Below are positions 27,494-37,886 of a stretch of DNA of 64,000 nt, piece by piece; positions within the stretch are counted from its first letter, which is position 1, and each line of letters starts with the position of its first letter. The notes under the pieces were generated by a model. That model worked only from the letters and a program-made list of their open reading frames with translations. It searched no databases and was not told the origin of the DNA. The stretch comes from Candidatus Latescibacterota bacterium (GTDB lineage Bacteria; Latescibacterota; UBA2968; GCA-2709665): NCBI GenBank assembly GCA_965237675.1, contig OZ250150.1:3840001-3904000 (forward strand), given 5' to 3'. A program made the position numbers and the translations under genes.

Positions 27494-30400
27494 ATGGCCG
27501 AAGAGACATTTGTCCTGGCGATTGACATCGGTGGCACGTTCACGGATCTCGTTCTGCTGGATTGTCATACCGGCCGTCAGGCGGTTGCCAAGGTGCCCAC
27601 GAGTTATCCCGATCCTTCCGAGGCTCTGCTGACGGGGATAGGCTCTGTATTGGCTTCCGTCAACCCCGGGTCCGTTCAACGCGTTATCCACGGCACGACG
27701 CTGGTGACCAACGCGTTGATCGAGCGCAAAGGGGCGCGCACGGGGCTTATCACGACGGCCGGATTTCGGGATGCGCTGGAAATCGGGCGTGAGGGTCGAT
27801 ACGATATTTACGATTTGTGGCTGGTGTTGCCCGAACCGCTTGTGGAACGCAGGTTGAGATTCGGTGCACCGGAACGGATGAATGTAAGGGGAGAGGTACT
27901 CGAAAATCTGAATGAAACCTCAATCCACGAGGCGTGCAGGATATTTCTGGAGGAAGGGGTCGAGGCGGTTGCCATCTGTTTTCTGCACGCATACGCCAAT
28001 CCGGAACACGAACGCCGGGCGGAGCAGATTGTTCGAGGAACGATGCGAGGAGTTGCGGTTTCGGTTTCGCATCAGGTGGCGCCCGAGTTGCGCGAATACG
28101 ACCGGACCTCCACCACGGTCGCCAATGCATATGTGCAGCCGCTTGCCGGGCGGTATCTGGCCGGCTTGGCCAAAGGACTGGAAACGAAAGGAATAACGGC
28201 ACCGTTGCATATTATGTTATCGAACGGCGGCGTTTGCTCGGCCGAAACGGCCGCGGCGTTTCCGGTGCGTCTTGTGGAATCCGGTCCAAGCGGCGGTGCG
28301 TTGTCAGGTGCCTATTGGGCCGAACAGTCAGACCGGCACAACGTCCTGGCGTTTGATATGGGCGGCACAACGGCAAAAGCGGTACTCGGCAGCGAGGGGG
28401 CGTTTCCCATTACGACCGAATCCGAGGTGGCGCGTGTCTATCGTTTCAAACGCGGCAGCGGGTTGCCGCTGTTGGTGCCGGTACTGGACATGATTGAAAT
28501 TGGCGCAGGCGGCGGCAGTATCGCACACCTGAACGAGATGGGGCTGCCCGCGGTCGGGCCGGAGAGCGCAGGATCGGTTCCCGGCCCTGCCTGTTATGCA
28601 CCCGGGGGTGAGGAGCCGACCGTGACGGATGCCGACCTGATACTGGGGATGCTGAATCCAGACTATTTCCTGGGTGGGAAGATGGCGTTGGACACTTACA
28701 GTGCCCAGAGCGCGGTTCATCGGCTGGCTGCGCGGTTGGGAATGGACGTGTGCCGAATGGCCTGGGGTATCCACAGGATGGTCAATGAGAATATGGCGAA
28801 TGCCGCTCGCGTTCACGCGGCCGAGCGCGGCATCGATATCCGAGGATATACCATGGTGGCCACCGGAGGCGCGGGTCCGGTGCATGCCTGTGGCGTGGCT
28901 GAGAGGCTGGGAATCGTCTCAGTTATCGTACCGCCGGCGGCAGGCGTGAGTTCGGCTTTCGGGTTGATGCTTGCGCCGATTTCATTTGACTTCGCCAGGA
29001 GTTACGTTGCCCGACTCGAGGCGGTAGACTACGAACGGCTGAACGGCCTGTTTGAAGAGATGGAACGTGAAGGTGAGGACGTGTTGCGGGAAGCGGGCGT
29101 GACCTCGGTCCAGATGCGGGTTGAGCGGACCGCGGACATGCGTTACGTGGGTCAGGGCCACGAAATCCGAATTCCGGTTCCTGGAGGCGAACTTGATTCC
29201 GGACGGGCGGTTAAAATCCGGACGGCGTTTGACAGGGAATATACACGCAAATTTACACGCACGTGTGAAGGTGTGGAAATAGAGTCCGTTCACTGGCGGG
29301 TTCGGATGTCCGGGCCGAAACCGGATCTCGGCGACGTGGAGACGGCGTGTTCGGCAGGTGGGGACCCGCGCAAGGGCGTTCGTGAGGTGTTGTTCAACGC
29401 GGAATCCGGTCCCGAACCGACGCCGGTATTCGACCGGTACAGGATGTCGGCTGGTTTTCGAGCGACGGGGCCCGTAATTGTGGAAGAAGTCGAATCCACG
29501 GCCGTCGTACCCCGCGGCTGGACTGTTTCGGCAGAGGCGTGCGGCAACCTGTTCCTGAGACGCCTGGAGGGTTCCGCAATGATGCCGGCAGATAAGCTGG
29601 ATGCCGTTCTCCTGGAGGTGCTGTGGAACAGGCTCATATCCATTGTAAACGAGCAGGCCGCCGCGCTGATGCACGCTTCGTTTACCACCGTGGTGCGGGA
29701 GGCCGGTGACCTGTCCGCCGGGATATTCAACCGGGGCGGCGACATGGTCGCACAGGCGGTGACCGGCACACCTGGCCACATCAATACCATGGCAACCTGT
29801 GTCCGACATTTCGCGAAAGCGCATCCAATAGACAGCCTGAAACCAGGCGACAGCCTGCTCACCAACGACCCGTGGCTGGGTTCGGGCCATCTACACGACA
29901 TTACCGTGGTCACTCCCGTTTTTCATCATGGCAGGGCTGTCGGATGGTTCGCCAATACATGTCACGCAATGGACATTGGAGGGCGGACGCTTGGAGCCGA
30001 TGCGCGAGAGGTATTTGAGGAGGGGCTCCATATTCCCATAATGTTCCTGTTCCGGGAGGGCGAGGTCAATCGGGATTTGATGGAAATCGTTCGGGCGAAT
30101 GTACGCACCCCGGATTCCGTGGTTGGAGACCTGTACGCACAGCAGGCGGGCAACGACGTGGGGGCCGCCAAGCTGGTGGAGATGATGGCGGAATACGACA
30201 TGGACGATATTGAGTCCCTTACGGCATTGATTCTGGATCGTTCAGAGGCCGCCACGCGGGATGCGATCGCCGAGATTCCCAACGGTACCTATACGGACGA
30301 GGTGGTCATCGACGGATTCGATCATCCGCTTAAGATCGCAGTTTCCATCCACGTAAAGGACCGGGAACTGACGGTAGACTACAATGGCACTTCACCGCAG

Positions 30401-31297
30401 GTAGACCGCGGTATCAACGTGGTCTATAACTATACACAGGCGTATACAACCTATCCGCTCGCGTGTTCCATAAGTCCCTCCGTCCCGAACAACGAGGGCA
30501 GTTTCCGGCCGGTAACGGTGACGGCACCGGAGGGGAGCGTTCTAAACGCCAGGTTTCCCTGCGCCGTTGGCGCCCGGCATCTGATCGGGCACTTCCTCTC
30601 CCAGGCGGTATTCGGAGCTCTATCCAGGGCGATACCCGAACGGGTGCTTGCAGACGGGTCTGCCGGACTCTGGAACACACAGTTGGAGGGATACGATCGG
30701 GATGGACGTATGTTTTCATATATTTTCTTCTCCGCTGGCGGTATGGGCGCCAGACCCACCTCGGACGGGCTGTCTGCAACGGCCTTCCCCAGCGGGATCA
30801 AGGGGGTGCCCGCCGAGGCCATCGAAGCGGTCTCACCCGTGCTGATGCTCAAGCGCGAGTTGCGTCCGGACTCCGGCGGACCGGGCAAGTTCCGCGGCGG
30901 GCTGGGACAGGAGATGGTGCTGAGAATGGATACCGAGTCAGCGGTGCTGCATTCATGTATGTATGACCGCACCCGGAGCCCGGCTCGCGGTTTTCTCGGC
31001 GGCGGGAACGGCGCCGTTGGCGAGGTGGTTGTTTCCGACGGTTCCCGGCCGCACCCTAAGGGCAAATACGAAATTCAGCCGGGGCAGACCGTAACGTTGA
31101 GACTGCCCGGCGGAGGCGGTTTCTTCTCACCCATGGCTCGCGACCCGCAGCGGGTGCTGAACGACGTACGGCAGGGACGCGTGTCCTTGGAGGCGGCCAG
31201 GGATGTTTACGGCGTGGTGGTAGACACTCTGAATTGGGAGGTGGACGGAGCCGCTACGGAAGCGATCAGGGAAGCGTCCGGACAGATGGAGGGATGA
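27494..31297 (+). CDS. Fused hydantoinase A + hydantoinase B (5-oxoprolinase-like) protein
   Basis: AIDIGGTFTD, HGTTLVTN, DMGGTT, GAGGGSIA in the first ~695 aa; then NDPWLGSGHLHD, DSGGPGKFRGG, LPGGGGF. Confidence 0.9.
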   Translation: MAEETFVLAIDIGGTFTDLVLLDCHTGRQAVAKVPTSYPDPSEALLTGIGSVLASVNPGSVQRVIHGTTLVTNALIERKGARTGLITTAGFRDALEIGREGRYDIYDLWLVLPEPLVERRLRFGAPERMNVRGEVLENLNETSIHEACRIFLEEGVEAVAICFLHAYANPEHERRAEQIVRGTMRGVAVSVSHQVAPELREYDRTSTTVANAYVQPLAGRYLAGLAKGLETKGITAPLHIMLSNGGVCSAETAAAFPVRLVESGPSGGALSGAYWAEQSDRHNVLAFDMGGTTAKAVLGSEGAFPITTESEVARVYRFKRGSGLPLLVPVLDMIEIGAGGGSIAHLNEMGLPAVGPESAGSVPGPACYAPGGEEPTVTDADLILGMLNPDYFLGGKMALDTYSAQSAVHRLAARLGMDVCRMAWGIHRMVNENMANAARVHAAERGIDIRGYTMVATGGAGPVHACGVAERLGIVSVIVPPAAGVSSAFGLMLAPISFDFARSYVARLEAVDYERLNGLFEEMEREGEDVLREAGVTSVQMRVERTADMRYVGQGHEIRIPVPGGELDSGRAVKIRTAFDREYTRKFTRTCEGVEIESVHWRVRMSGPKPDLGDVETACSAGGDPRKGVREVLFNAESGPEPTPVFDRYRMSAGFRATGPVIVEEVESTAVVPRGWTVSAEACGNLFLRRLEGSAMMPADKLDAVLLEVLWNRLISIVNEQAAALMHASFTTVVREAGDLSAGIFNRGGDMVAQAVTGTPGHINTMATCVRHFAKAHPIDSLKPGDSLLTNDPWLGSGHLHDITVVTPVFHHGRAVGWFANTCHAMDIGGRTLGADAREVFEEGLHIPIMFLFREGEVNRDLMEIVRANVRTPDSVVGDLYAQQAGNDVGAAKLVEMMAEYDMDDIESLTALILDRSEAATRDAIAEIPNGTYTDEVVIDGFDHPLKIAVSIHVKDRELTVDYNGTSPQVDRGINVVYNYTQAYTTYPLACSISPSVPNNEGSFRPVTVTAPEGSVLNARFPCAVGARHLIGHFLSQAVFGALSRAIPERVLADGSAGLWNTQLEGYDRDGRMFSYIFFSAGGMGARPTSDGLSATAFPSGIKGVPAEAIEAVSPVLMLKRELRPDSGGPGKFRGGLGQEMVLRMDTESAVLHSCMYDRTRSPARGFLGGGNGAVGEVVVSDGSRPHPKGKYEIQPGQTVTLRLPGGGGFFSPMARDPQRVLNDVRQGRVSLEAARDVYGVVVDTLNWEVDGAATEAIREASGQMEG

Positions 31298-31460
31298 AAG
31301 GGTTCCGCATCGGGGGCCGCCGGATTGCCGCGCCGGCCGTGAACCTTGCGGCTGTGTCCACTCGCCAAGGCAGCCTGCGTCGCGGGATATCGAATTAAAC
31401 CGAATTTTGAATGCAGTTTCGGATTTCGTTGGAATCCAGTGAGTTGTATAGGATGTAAAG

Positions 31461-32783
31461 ATGGGTATATGTGAAACCGATGACGGCTACCGGGGCATCT
31501 GGTGGTGGGACACGCCCACGGACAACGAGTACAGGTACGTCTATTACAGCGGCGGTTTTGCGACCTATACCGCCAAACATATACCGTTGGCTTATTATTC
31601 CGATGTCGTGCATAAGACGTTCTTTTGCTACGGCGGGACGTACAGGGACAAGAACCAGATCCTGGCGATGGTCTCCTGTTTCGACCACGCTACAGGGACG
31701 GTTCCCCGGCCAACCCTTTTGATGGACAAAGGTACAGCCGACGCACACGATAACCCCGTGCTGATGCTGGACGAAAGGGGCTACGTCTGGGTGTTCGTGA
31801 GTGCGCATGGCACGGTGAGGCCCGCCTACATTTACAAAAGCGACGCACCCTACTCCGTGGATGCATTCGAACGCGTGCAGGAGACGAATTTTTCTTATCC
31901 TCAGCCCTGGTATATTGACGGCAACGGATTTCTTTTCCTGCATACCAGGTATCTCGGCGGACGGTTTCTCTACGCGCTCACCAGCCCCGACGGCACAAGA
32001 TGGTCCGAACCCAGAGCGTTGTCGAAGATCTGCCACGGTCATTATCAGGTCAGTTGGCGAGCAGGAAAACGGGTTGGTACTGCGTTTAACTACCATCCTG
32101 TCAAAAAGCCCGGTCCACCCAGGACCAACCTGTATTATCTCCAGACCGACGATTTCGGCGACACGTGGACCAACGCGCAGGGAGAGCCGATGGACCTGCC
32201 TTTGGAGCGTCCCCGTAATGACGCGATGGTCAGCAACTTCGAGGAACAGGGCCTGCAGGTGTTTGTGAAAGATCTGAATTTCGACGTTCGCGGCCATCCC
32301 GTGATCCTGATTCTCACCAGCCGCGGCATGGAGAGTGGCCCTCAGAACGACCCGCGCGTATGGACAACAGTACGTTGGACAGGTGATGTCTGGGCGGTCC
32401 GCGATGCGTTCACGTCCGACAACAACTACGACGCCGGTGGGCTCCATACCGAACCGGATGGAACGTGGCGGATTATCGCGCCCTCCGAGACGGGTCCCCA
32501 ACCATATAATACCGGCGGTGAGGTGGCGGTGTGGGCCAGCGGCGACGAGGGAGCGACGTGGGAGAAAACCCGCCTGGCGACCCGTAACAGCCGCTACAAC
32601 CACACCTACGTGCGCCGGCCTGTGAACGCGCACCCGGAGTTCTATGCCTTCTGGGCCGACGGACATGCGCGGGAACAGTCGGACTCGCGTCTCTATTTCT
32701 GCGATGTGACCGGCGAGAATGTATATCGGCTACCAACGCTTATGTCGCGGGATCACCAGAAACCCGATCGGTTGATTTCATGA
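31461..32783 (+). CDS. BNR-4 repeat / beta-propeller protein (putative carbohydrate-active)
   Basis: YSGG.ATY.AKH, DAHDNP, FSYPQ; Asp-box-like motifs SPDGTRW, TDDFGDTW, SGDEGATW. Confidence 0.75.
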   Translation: MGICETDDGYRGIWWWDTPTDNEYRYVYYSGGFATYTAKHIPLAYYSDVVHKTFFCYGGTYRDKNQILAMVSCFDHATGTVPRPTLLMDKGTADAHDNPVLMLDERGYVWVFVSAHGTVRPAYIYKSDAPYSVDAFERVQETNFSYPQPWYIDGNGFLFLHTRYLGGRFLYALTSPDGTRWSEPRALSKICHGHYQVSWRAGKRVGTAFNYHPVKKPGPPRTNLYYLQTDDFGDTWTNAQGEPMDLPLERPRNDAMVSNFEEQGLQVFVKDLNFDVRGHPVILILTSRGMESGPQNDPRVWTTVRWTGDVWAVRDAFTSDNNYDAGGLHTEPDGTWRIIAPSETGPQPYNTGGEVAVWASGDEGATWEKTRLATRNSRYNHTYVRRPVNAHPEFYAFWADGHAREQSDSRLYFCDVTGENVYRLPTLMSRDHQKPDRLIS

Positions 32784-32852
32784 CCGGACGCCAAGGAACC
32801 CGCGTGCGCTGACGCCGTGGTCGGGGCGGTGATTGTCTTGAAAGGCGGTCCA

Positions 32853-33725
32853 ATGAAAGGTATCATTCTGTCGGGTGGGTTGGGAACCCGGCTGTACCCG
32901 CTCACGATTTCACTTTCGAAACAGATCATACCCATCTTCGACAAACCCATGATCTATTACCCGCTTTCGGTGTTGATGCTGGCCAATATACGCGAATTTC
33001 TGATTATTTCGTCGCCTGAGCATATTGAGCTTTACCGAAAACTTCTGGGTGACGGCAGCCGTTTGGGTCTGCGGTTCGACTATGCGATCCAACCCCGTCC
33101 GGAGGGCGTCGCGCAATCGTTTCTCATTGGAGAAGACTTCATCGACGGGGGGCCTTGTGCGCTTGTATTCGGGGACAATTTCTTCTACGGCCACGGTCTT
33201 TCCGGGTTGTTGGAGCACGCGGGTAAGCTCGATGAGGGCGGGTTGGTTTTCGCGTATTACGTGCAGGATCCCGAGAGATACGGTGTGGTTGAGTTCGACG
33301 CTTACATGAACGTGGTGGGCATTGAAGAAAAACCGAAACGCCCGAGGTCGAATTATGCGGTTACGGGACTCTATTTTTATGACGGAAGCGTGGTGGATAT
33401 CGCGAAGGGGTTGAAACCTTCGGATCGCGGAGAATTGGAAATTACCGATATAAACAACGAATACCTCAGACGGGGCAAATTGCGGGTTCAGTTGCTGGGA
33501 AGGGGAATTGCGTATCTCGACACGGGAACCCACGAGAGTCTGCTGGAAGCGAGTAATTTTGTGCAGATTGTCGAACACCGGCAGGGGTTGAAAATCGCGT
33601 GCCTGGAAGAAATCGCGTTTCGAAAAGGGTACATCAGCCCGCGGCAGCTCGAGGAAACCGCCAACTATTCGACCGAGAACGAATATTGCCGGTACCTGAA
33701 ACGGTTGCTTACATCCGCTAGCTGA
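32853..33725 (+). CDS. rfbA: Glucose-1-phosphate thymidylyltransferase
   Basis: MKGIILSGGLGTRLYP, DKPMIYYPLS, EEKP, RGELEITD, LDTGTHESL. Confidence 0.95.
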   Translation: MKGIILSGGLGTRLYPLTISLSKQIIPIFDKPMIYYPLSVLMLANIREFLIISSPEHIELYRKLLGDGSRLGLRFDYAIQPRPEGVAQSFLIGEDFIDGGPCALVFGDNFFYGHGLSGLLEHAGKLDEGGLVFAYYVQDPERYGVVEFDAYMNVVGIEEKPKRPRSNYAVTGLYFYDGSVVDIAKGLKPSDRGELEITDINNEYLRRGKLRVQLLGRGIAYLDTGTHESLLEASNFVQIVEHRQGLKIACLEEIAFRKGYISPRQLEETANYSTENEYCRYLKRLLTSAS

Positions 33726-33917
33726 TCCCGTGCACGGCATCGACAACTTCGAGCAGACTGCCGCATCCCGTGCGGATGGAGGCCTGCAACGGGTTCTGAA
33801 CCCGTCGCTGAAATCCTCGAAATTCCGATGTCCGATAGCGTCCGAAAGTCAGTAACCGGATTTCACGCGTCCGAGGCATGATGTCAGCAGCCCGCGCGTA
33901 TCCAGGGAAAACTCCCG

Positions 33918-34256
33918 ATGTTAAGGATGTTTTGCATCGTAACCGTTCTCCTGTTGACCATCCGCTGTGGCAGCGTTCCGGTGGCGCCTGAAGACGCGAT
34001 ATTGGGTACGTGGAAGCTGACCCTCGCGAGGAACGAGCCGGTAACAGTGAACTATAGGCTGGTCTTCGAAAAAAACGGGATTTATACGTTCATCAATACG
34101 ATATTCGACGGAAGCCAGATAACGACAGCCGGAAGTTGGCGAATTGAAAATCGTACAATATACCTGGACAGCCTGGATTTCGGGTTCTCCGTCGACAAAA
34201 TCGAACTTACGCTGTACGCACGAGACGGCACTATTTTTGTCTATACGAAACAGTAG
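33918..34256 (+). CDS. Small putative lipoprotein (lipocalin-like)
   Basis: Hydrophobic N-terminus ending in Cys; ILGTWKL and GSWRI beta-rich motifs. Confidence 0.6.
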   Translation: MLRMFCIVTVLLLTIRCGSVPVAPEDAILGTWKLTLARNEPVTVNYRLVFEKNGIYTFINTIFDGSQITTAGSWRIENRTIYLDSLDFGFSVDKIELTLYARDGTIFVYTKQ

Positions 34257-34429
34257 TCACGCATGGGATTTTCTCCACGGGATGCGGAATATCGCGGCTG
34301 CAAGGGATTGGCCTCGAATGGACACGTTGGGAAGACCACAAGACAAAGAAGCAGGGATGAGACGCGTGCGCGATCCGCGCCGCATCGCGAAAGACCGGGT
34401 GCAACGCCTCGTTGTTTCGGGGAGAGGTT

Positions 34430-35806
34430 ATGCGGGTTGACCCTTCCATTGGCCTGGAAGATCTCGATTCCAGACTGGACCGGTGTTTCGACCTTGCGGC
34501 GGGAAAAATTCTATCGGTTTACGAGACCTGGGATCCGCAGCGTGGCGCGCCGGTCTATACCGTCGGAGGGAAATATACCACCCGAGGCTGGACGGAATGG
34601 ACACAGGGATTTCAGTATGGCTGCGCGATTTTGCTGTTCGAGGTGTCTGGAGAAAATCAGTTTCTGGAAATTGGCCGACGCGGAACCGTAGAACGGATGG
34701 CCGCACACGTGACTCACACGGGAGTGCACGACCACGGGTTCAACAACATATCGACATATGGCAATCTCAGGCGGCTGATGCTTGAGGACGCGATTCCGGA
34801 AGATCGGTGGGAGCGACATTTTTACGAACTCGCCCTGAAGGCGTCGGGCGCAGTGCAGGGGGCGAGGTGGACCGCAATTCGGAACGGAAAGGGGTTTATT
34901 CCCTCCTTTAACGGCGCCCATTCGCTGTTTTCCGACACGATCCGCACCTGTCGGTCTCTGGGGCTCGCACACTGTCTGGGCCACGTGTTGATGGGGGAGA
35001 ACGACCGGCCGATTTCGCTCCTCGATCGCATGATCGAGCACGCGGATACAACAGCGCGGTTCAATGTGTATTACGGCGACGGTCGCGATGGCTACGACAT
35101 TCGAGGGCGGGTGGCGCATGAGTCGATTTTCAACGTGGAGGACGGGAATTATCGATGTCCAAGTACCCAACAGGGATACTCCGCCTTTTCCACGTGGACG
35201 CGAGGACTGGCATGGGTGGTAACGGGATATGCCGAATTGCTTGAATTCCTCGAGGTCCTGGAGGATGAGGACCTTTCGGCTTGCGGCGGTCGCGACTATA
35301 TCACTGGTTTCATGATGGTGGCGGCGACAGCCGCGGCCGATTACTTCGTTGAAGGTGCGTCTGCGGCAGACGGCGTCCCGTACTGGGATACCGGCGCCCC
35401 CGGTTTGGCCCAAATGGGAGATTATCTTGGTCGGGCCGCGGATCCATTCAACGAATTTGAACCCGTAGACAGTTCGGCCGCCGCGATTGCGGCTCAGGGC
35501 CTGTACCGTTTGGGCAAGTACCTGGGCGGAGAGGCCGGCGCGTCGTACAGGAAGGCAGCATTGACGGTCGCGCGGACGTTGTTCGACGCCCCGTATCTGA
35601 CCGATGATGCGGATCACCAGGGCCTGATCCTGCATTCGGTGTATCACCGGCCCAATGGCTGGGATCGTCGTCGGGCGGGACAAAGCGTTCCGAACGGTGA
35701 GGCCTCGATGTGGGGAGACTATCACGCACTGGAACTCGCGGTATTGCTGAAGCGTGAAATTACCGGGCAACCGTATTTGACGTTCTTCGACCGGAGGACG
35801 GAATGA
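34430..35806 (+). CDS. Glycoside hydrolase family 88-like protein
   Basis: WTEWTQGF, HDHGF, STWTRGLAW, PYWD, DSSAAAIAA, WGDYH; GGAGAGG RBS. Confidence 0.85.
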   Translation: MRVDPSIGLEDLDSRLDRCFDLAAGKILSVYETWDPQRGAPVYTVGGKYTTRGWTEWTQGFQYGCAILLFEVSGENQFLEIGRRGTVERMAAHVTHTGVHDHGFNNISTYGNLRRLMLEDAIPEDRWERHFYELALKASGAVQGARWTAIRNGKGFIPSFNGAHSLFSDTIRTCRSLGLAHCLGHVLMGENDRPISLLDRMIEHADTTARFNVYYGDGRDGYDIRGRVAHESIFNVEDGNYRCPSTQQGYSAFSTWTRGLAWVVTGYAELLEFLEVLEDEDLSACGGRDYITGFMMVAATAAADYFVEGASAADGVPYWDTGAPGLAQMGDYLGRAADPFNEFEPVDSSAAAIAAQGLYRLGKYLGGEAGASYRKAALTVARTLFDAPYLTDDADHQGLILHSVYHRPNGWDRRRAGQSVPNGEASMWGDYHALELAVLLKREITGQPYLTFFDRRTE

Positions 35807-36819
35807 CTTCGAAACGGCTGGTTGTGGTGGAACCCGGGCGAATCGAACTGCAGACTTTCGAACTGGATGACGCGCTGGATCCGCACCAGGCGCTGGTCAG
35901 GGCCGAGTATTCGGTCGTCAGCGGGGGGACGGAGGGCGCGGGATTCACCGGACTGGTCAGACAGATGCCGTTCGGCGATGCGGGGAAGTACCCGAGAGAG
36001 ACCGGATACGGGCATCTGGGCGAGGTGCTGGCGGTGGGGTCGGCGGTGACGATGTGCAGACCCGGCGACAGGGTGGTCAGTTTCTCGAAACACGCGTCCG
36101 TGACGAAGGCCGATGCCGCTCGGATGGCGTTGCCGGTCTCCCCGACCGCCGAGGGAAAACACCTTGTATTTTCACGTATGGCAGGGGTGAGCATGAGCGC
36201 ACTGCGTTCCTCGTGTGCACAGGCCGGGGATACAGTCCTCGTCATTGGAATGGGCCTGGTGGGCAATTTCGCGGCTCAGCTCTTTTGTCTCGCAGGGATG
36301 GAGGTCATGGTTGCCGACGTCTCGGCGTTTCGCCTGGAGAAGGCAAGGGCGTGCGGATTGGAAAGAGGGGTGAACACGGCACGCGAGGATCTGATGGCCG
36401 CAGTGATGGATTGGACGTCGGGCGAAGGCGCGCACGTGGTGGTTGAAGCCATTGGCATGAGCAATGTCGTAGCGCAAGGGGTTCTGATGGCGCGAATTGG
36501 CGGCGAGGTCATCTTGCTGGGCAGTCCACGGGCGCCTGCGAAGCTGGACGTGACGCCGATGCTGCTGCACATTCATCTCAAGGCAATTCGGATGATCGGC
36601 GCGCTGGAGTGGCGCTGGCCGCAGCATCCCACCGAGCGGGCGAGGGATATTGCCGGCAATTACAGGCTGCTTGCGGACTGGATTACGAACGAACGGCTGG
36701 TGGTGCCGCCCGTGCTCACCCACCTGGCGTCTCCAGCCGATTGTCAGGACGTCTACGACGGAGTGACGGGACGAAAAGACGAATATCTGGGTGTGGTCTT
36801 CGACTGGAGCCACGCCTGA
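35803..36819 (+). CDS. MDR (zinc-binding alcohol dehydrogenase-like) oxidoreductase
   Basis: SGGTE, GYGHLGEV..VG, VIGMGLVG, VVVEAIG; ATGA overlap with the GH88 gene. Confidence 0.88.
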   Translation: MTSKRLVVVEPGRIELQTFELDDALDPHQALVRAEYSVVSGGTEGAGFTGLVRQMPFGDAGKYPRETGYGHLGEVLAVGSAVTMCRPGDRVVSFSKHASVTKADAARMALPVSPTAEGKHLVFSRMAGVSMSALRSSCAQAGDTVLVIGMGLVGNFAAQLFCLAGMEVMVADVSAFRLEKARACGLERGVNTAREDLMAAVMDWTSGEGAHVVVEAIGMSNVVAQGVLMARIGGEVILLGSPRAPAKLDVTPMLLHIHLKAIRMIGALEWRWPQHPTERARDIAGNYRLLADWITNERLVVPPVLTHLASPADCQDVYDGVTGRKDEYLGVVFDWSHA

Positions 36820-36877
36820 ATCGTAAATACAATTCGCGCACCGAACTCAATTGCGGTTGTGGCTCCCGAGGCGAACG

Positions 36878-37753
36878 ATGAATTCGCACAGATTGGAAAT
36901 TGACAGCGTAAGGGTTGGTGACCGAGCGGGTACGAAGCGTTTCAGGTGTGCGCTGACGGTGACACTTGCGTTCGTATTGTGTTCGGCGCCAGCGCGGAGC
37001 GAAGGAGCAACACCGTTCGATTATGGACCCCTTGACCGCATGTTAGGAAGGTTTGTGGATTCAAGAGGTTGGGTTGACTACGCGGGTATAAAGGCGAATC
37101 CGACCGAACTCAGGTTTTTTTTGGCCAGTCTGATGGAGGTGAGCCCGGAGAGCCATCCAGTGATGTTTCCCGGGCGGGAAGATCGGCTGGCATATTGGAT
37201 CAACGCGTACAACACGCTTGTGATCAGCGGGGTGGTCAATGCCTATCCGGTAACGAGCGTTAAGCAGATCCATCCACAGCCCGGATTCTTCAAGGTATTC
37301 CATGTCGTTGGTGGAAAATCCTATTCACTGGATGATATTGAGCACAAAATCATCCGAAAAAGGTTTGGCGATCCGCGAATCCACGCCGCCCTGAATTGCG
37401 GCGCGGCCTCCTGTCCCAGGTTGCGAGGGGAAGCATACCGTCCTGAGCAGCTCGAAAAACAGCTGGACGAAGCCGTCCGGGACTTTATCCGCGATCCGCA
37501 ATTTGTCACGGTGGACCGCGAGAGCGGAACTTTGCAACTCTCGAAAATTCTCGATTGGTTTGAAGGTGATTTCACAGGCTGGTACAGACGCACCCATCAC
37601 GTGGATGACGTTCGAATCACGGATTACTTGAAGATCCATCTTACCGAAGAAGATCGCGCCTTCCTGCAAACCCACCCTGGGGTAACCGTTCGGTACATGC
37701 CGTACGATTGGACGCTGAACGACCGGGCGCTCCACGAAGCCGTAGACCGTTGA
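36878..37753 (+). CDS. DUF547 domain-containing exported protein
   Basis: Signal-like segment, LAYWINAYN, SLDDIEH, DPRIHAALNCGAASCP, YDWTLN; start uncertain. Confidence 0.88.
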   Translation: MNSHRLEIDSVRVGDRAGTKRFRCALTVTLAFVLCSAPARSEGATPFDYGPLDRMLGRFVDSRGWVDYAGIKANPTELRFFLASLMEVSPESHPVMFPGREDRLAYWINAYNTLVISGVVNAYPVTSVKQIHPQPGFFKVFHVVGGKSYSLDDIEHKIIRKRFGDPRIHAALNCGAASCPRLRGEAYRPEQLEKQLDEAVRDFIRDPQFVTVDRESGTLQLSKILDWFEGDFTGWYRRTHHVDDVRITDYLKIHLTEEDRAFLQTHPGVTVRYMPYDWTLNDRALHEAVDR

Positions 37754-37886
37754 ATGAACGATGACCTGGCAAAGCGTTGCCAGGCATCAATGCTTCAGCG
37801 ATCTTGCCGCACAAGCAGGTTTCGTGATTACCGACAGGCGAATTGAGGAAACTCGCCGGTCTGTCTTCAACGCAAAGGAGAGACCC

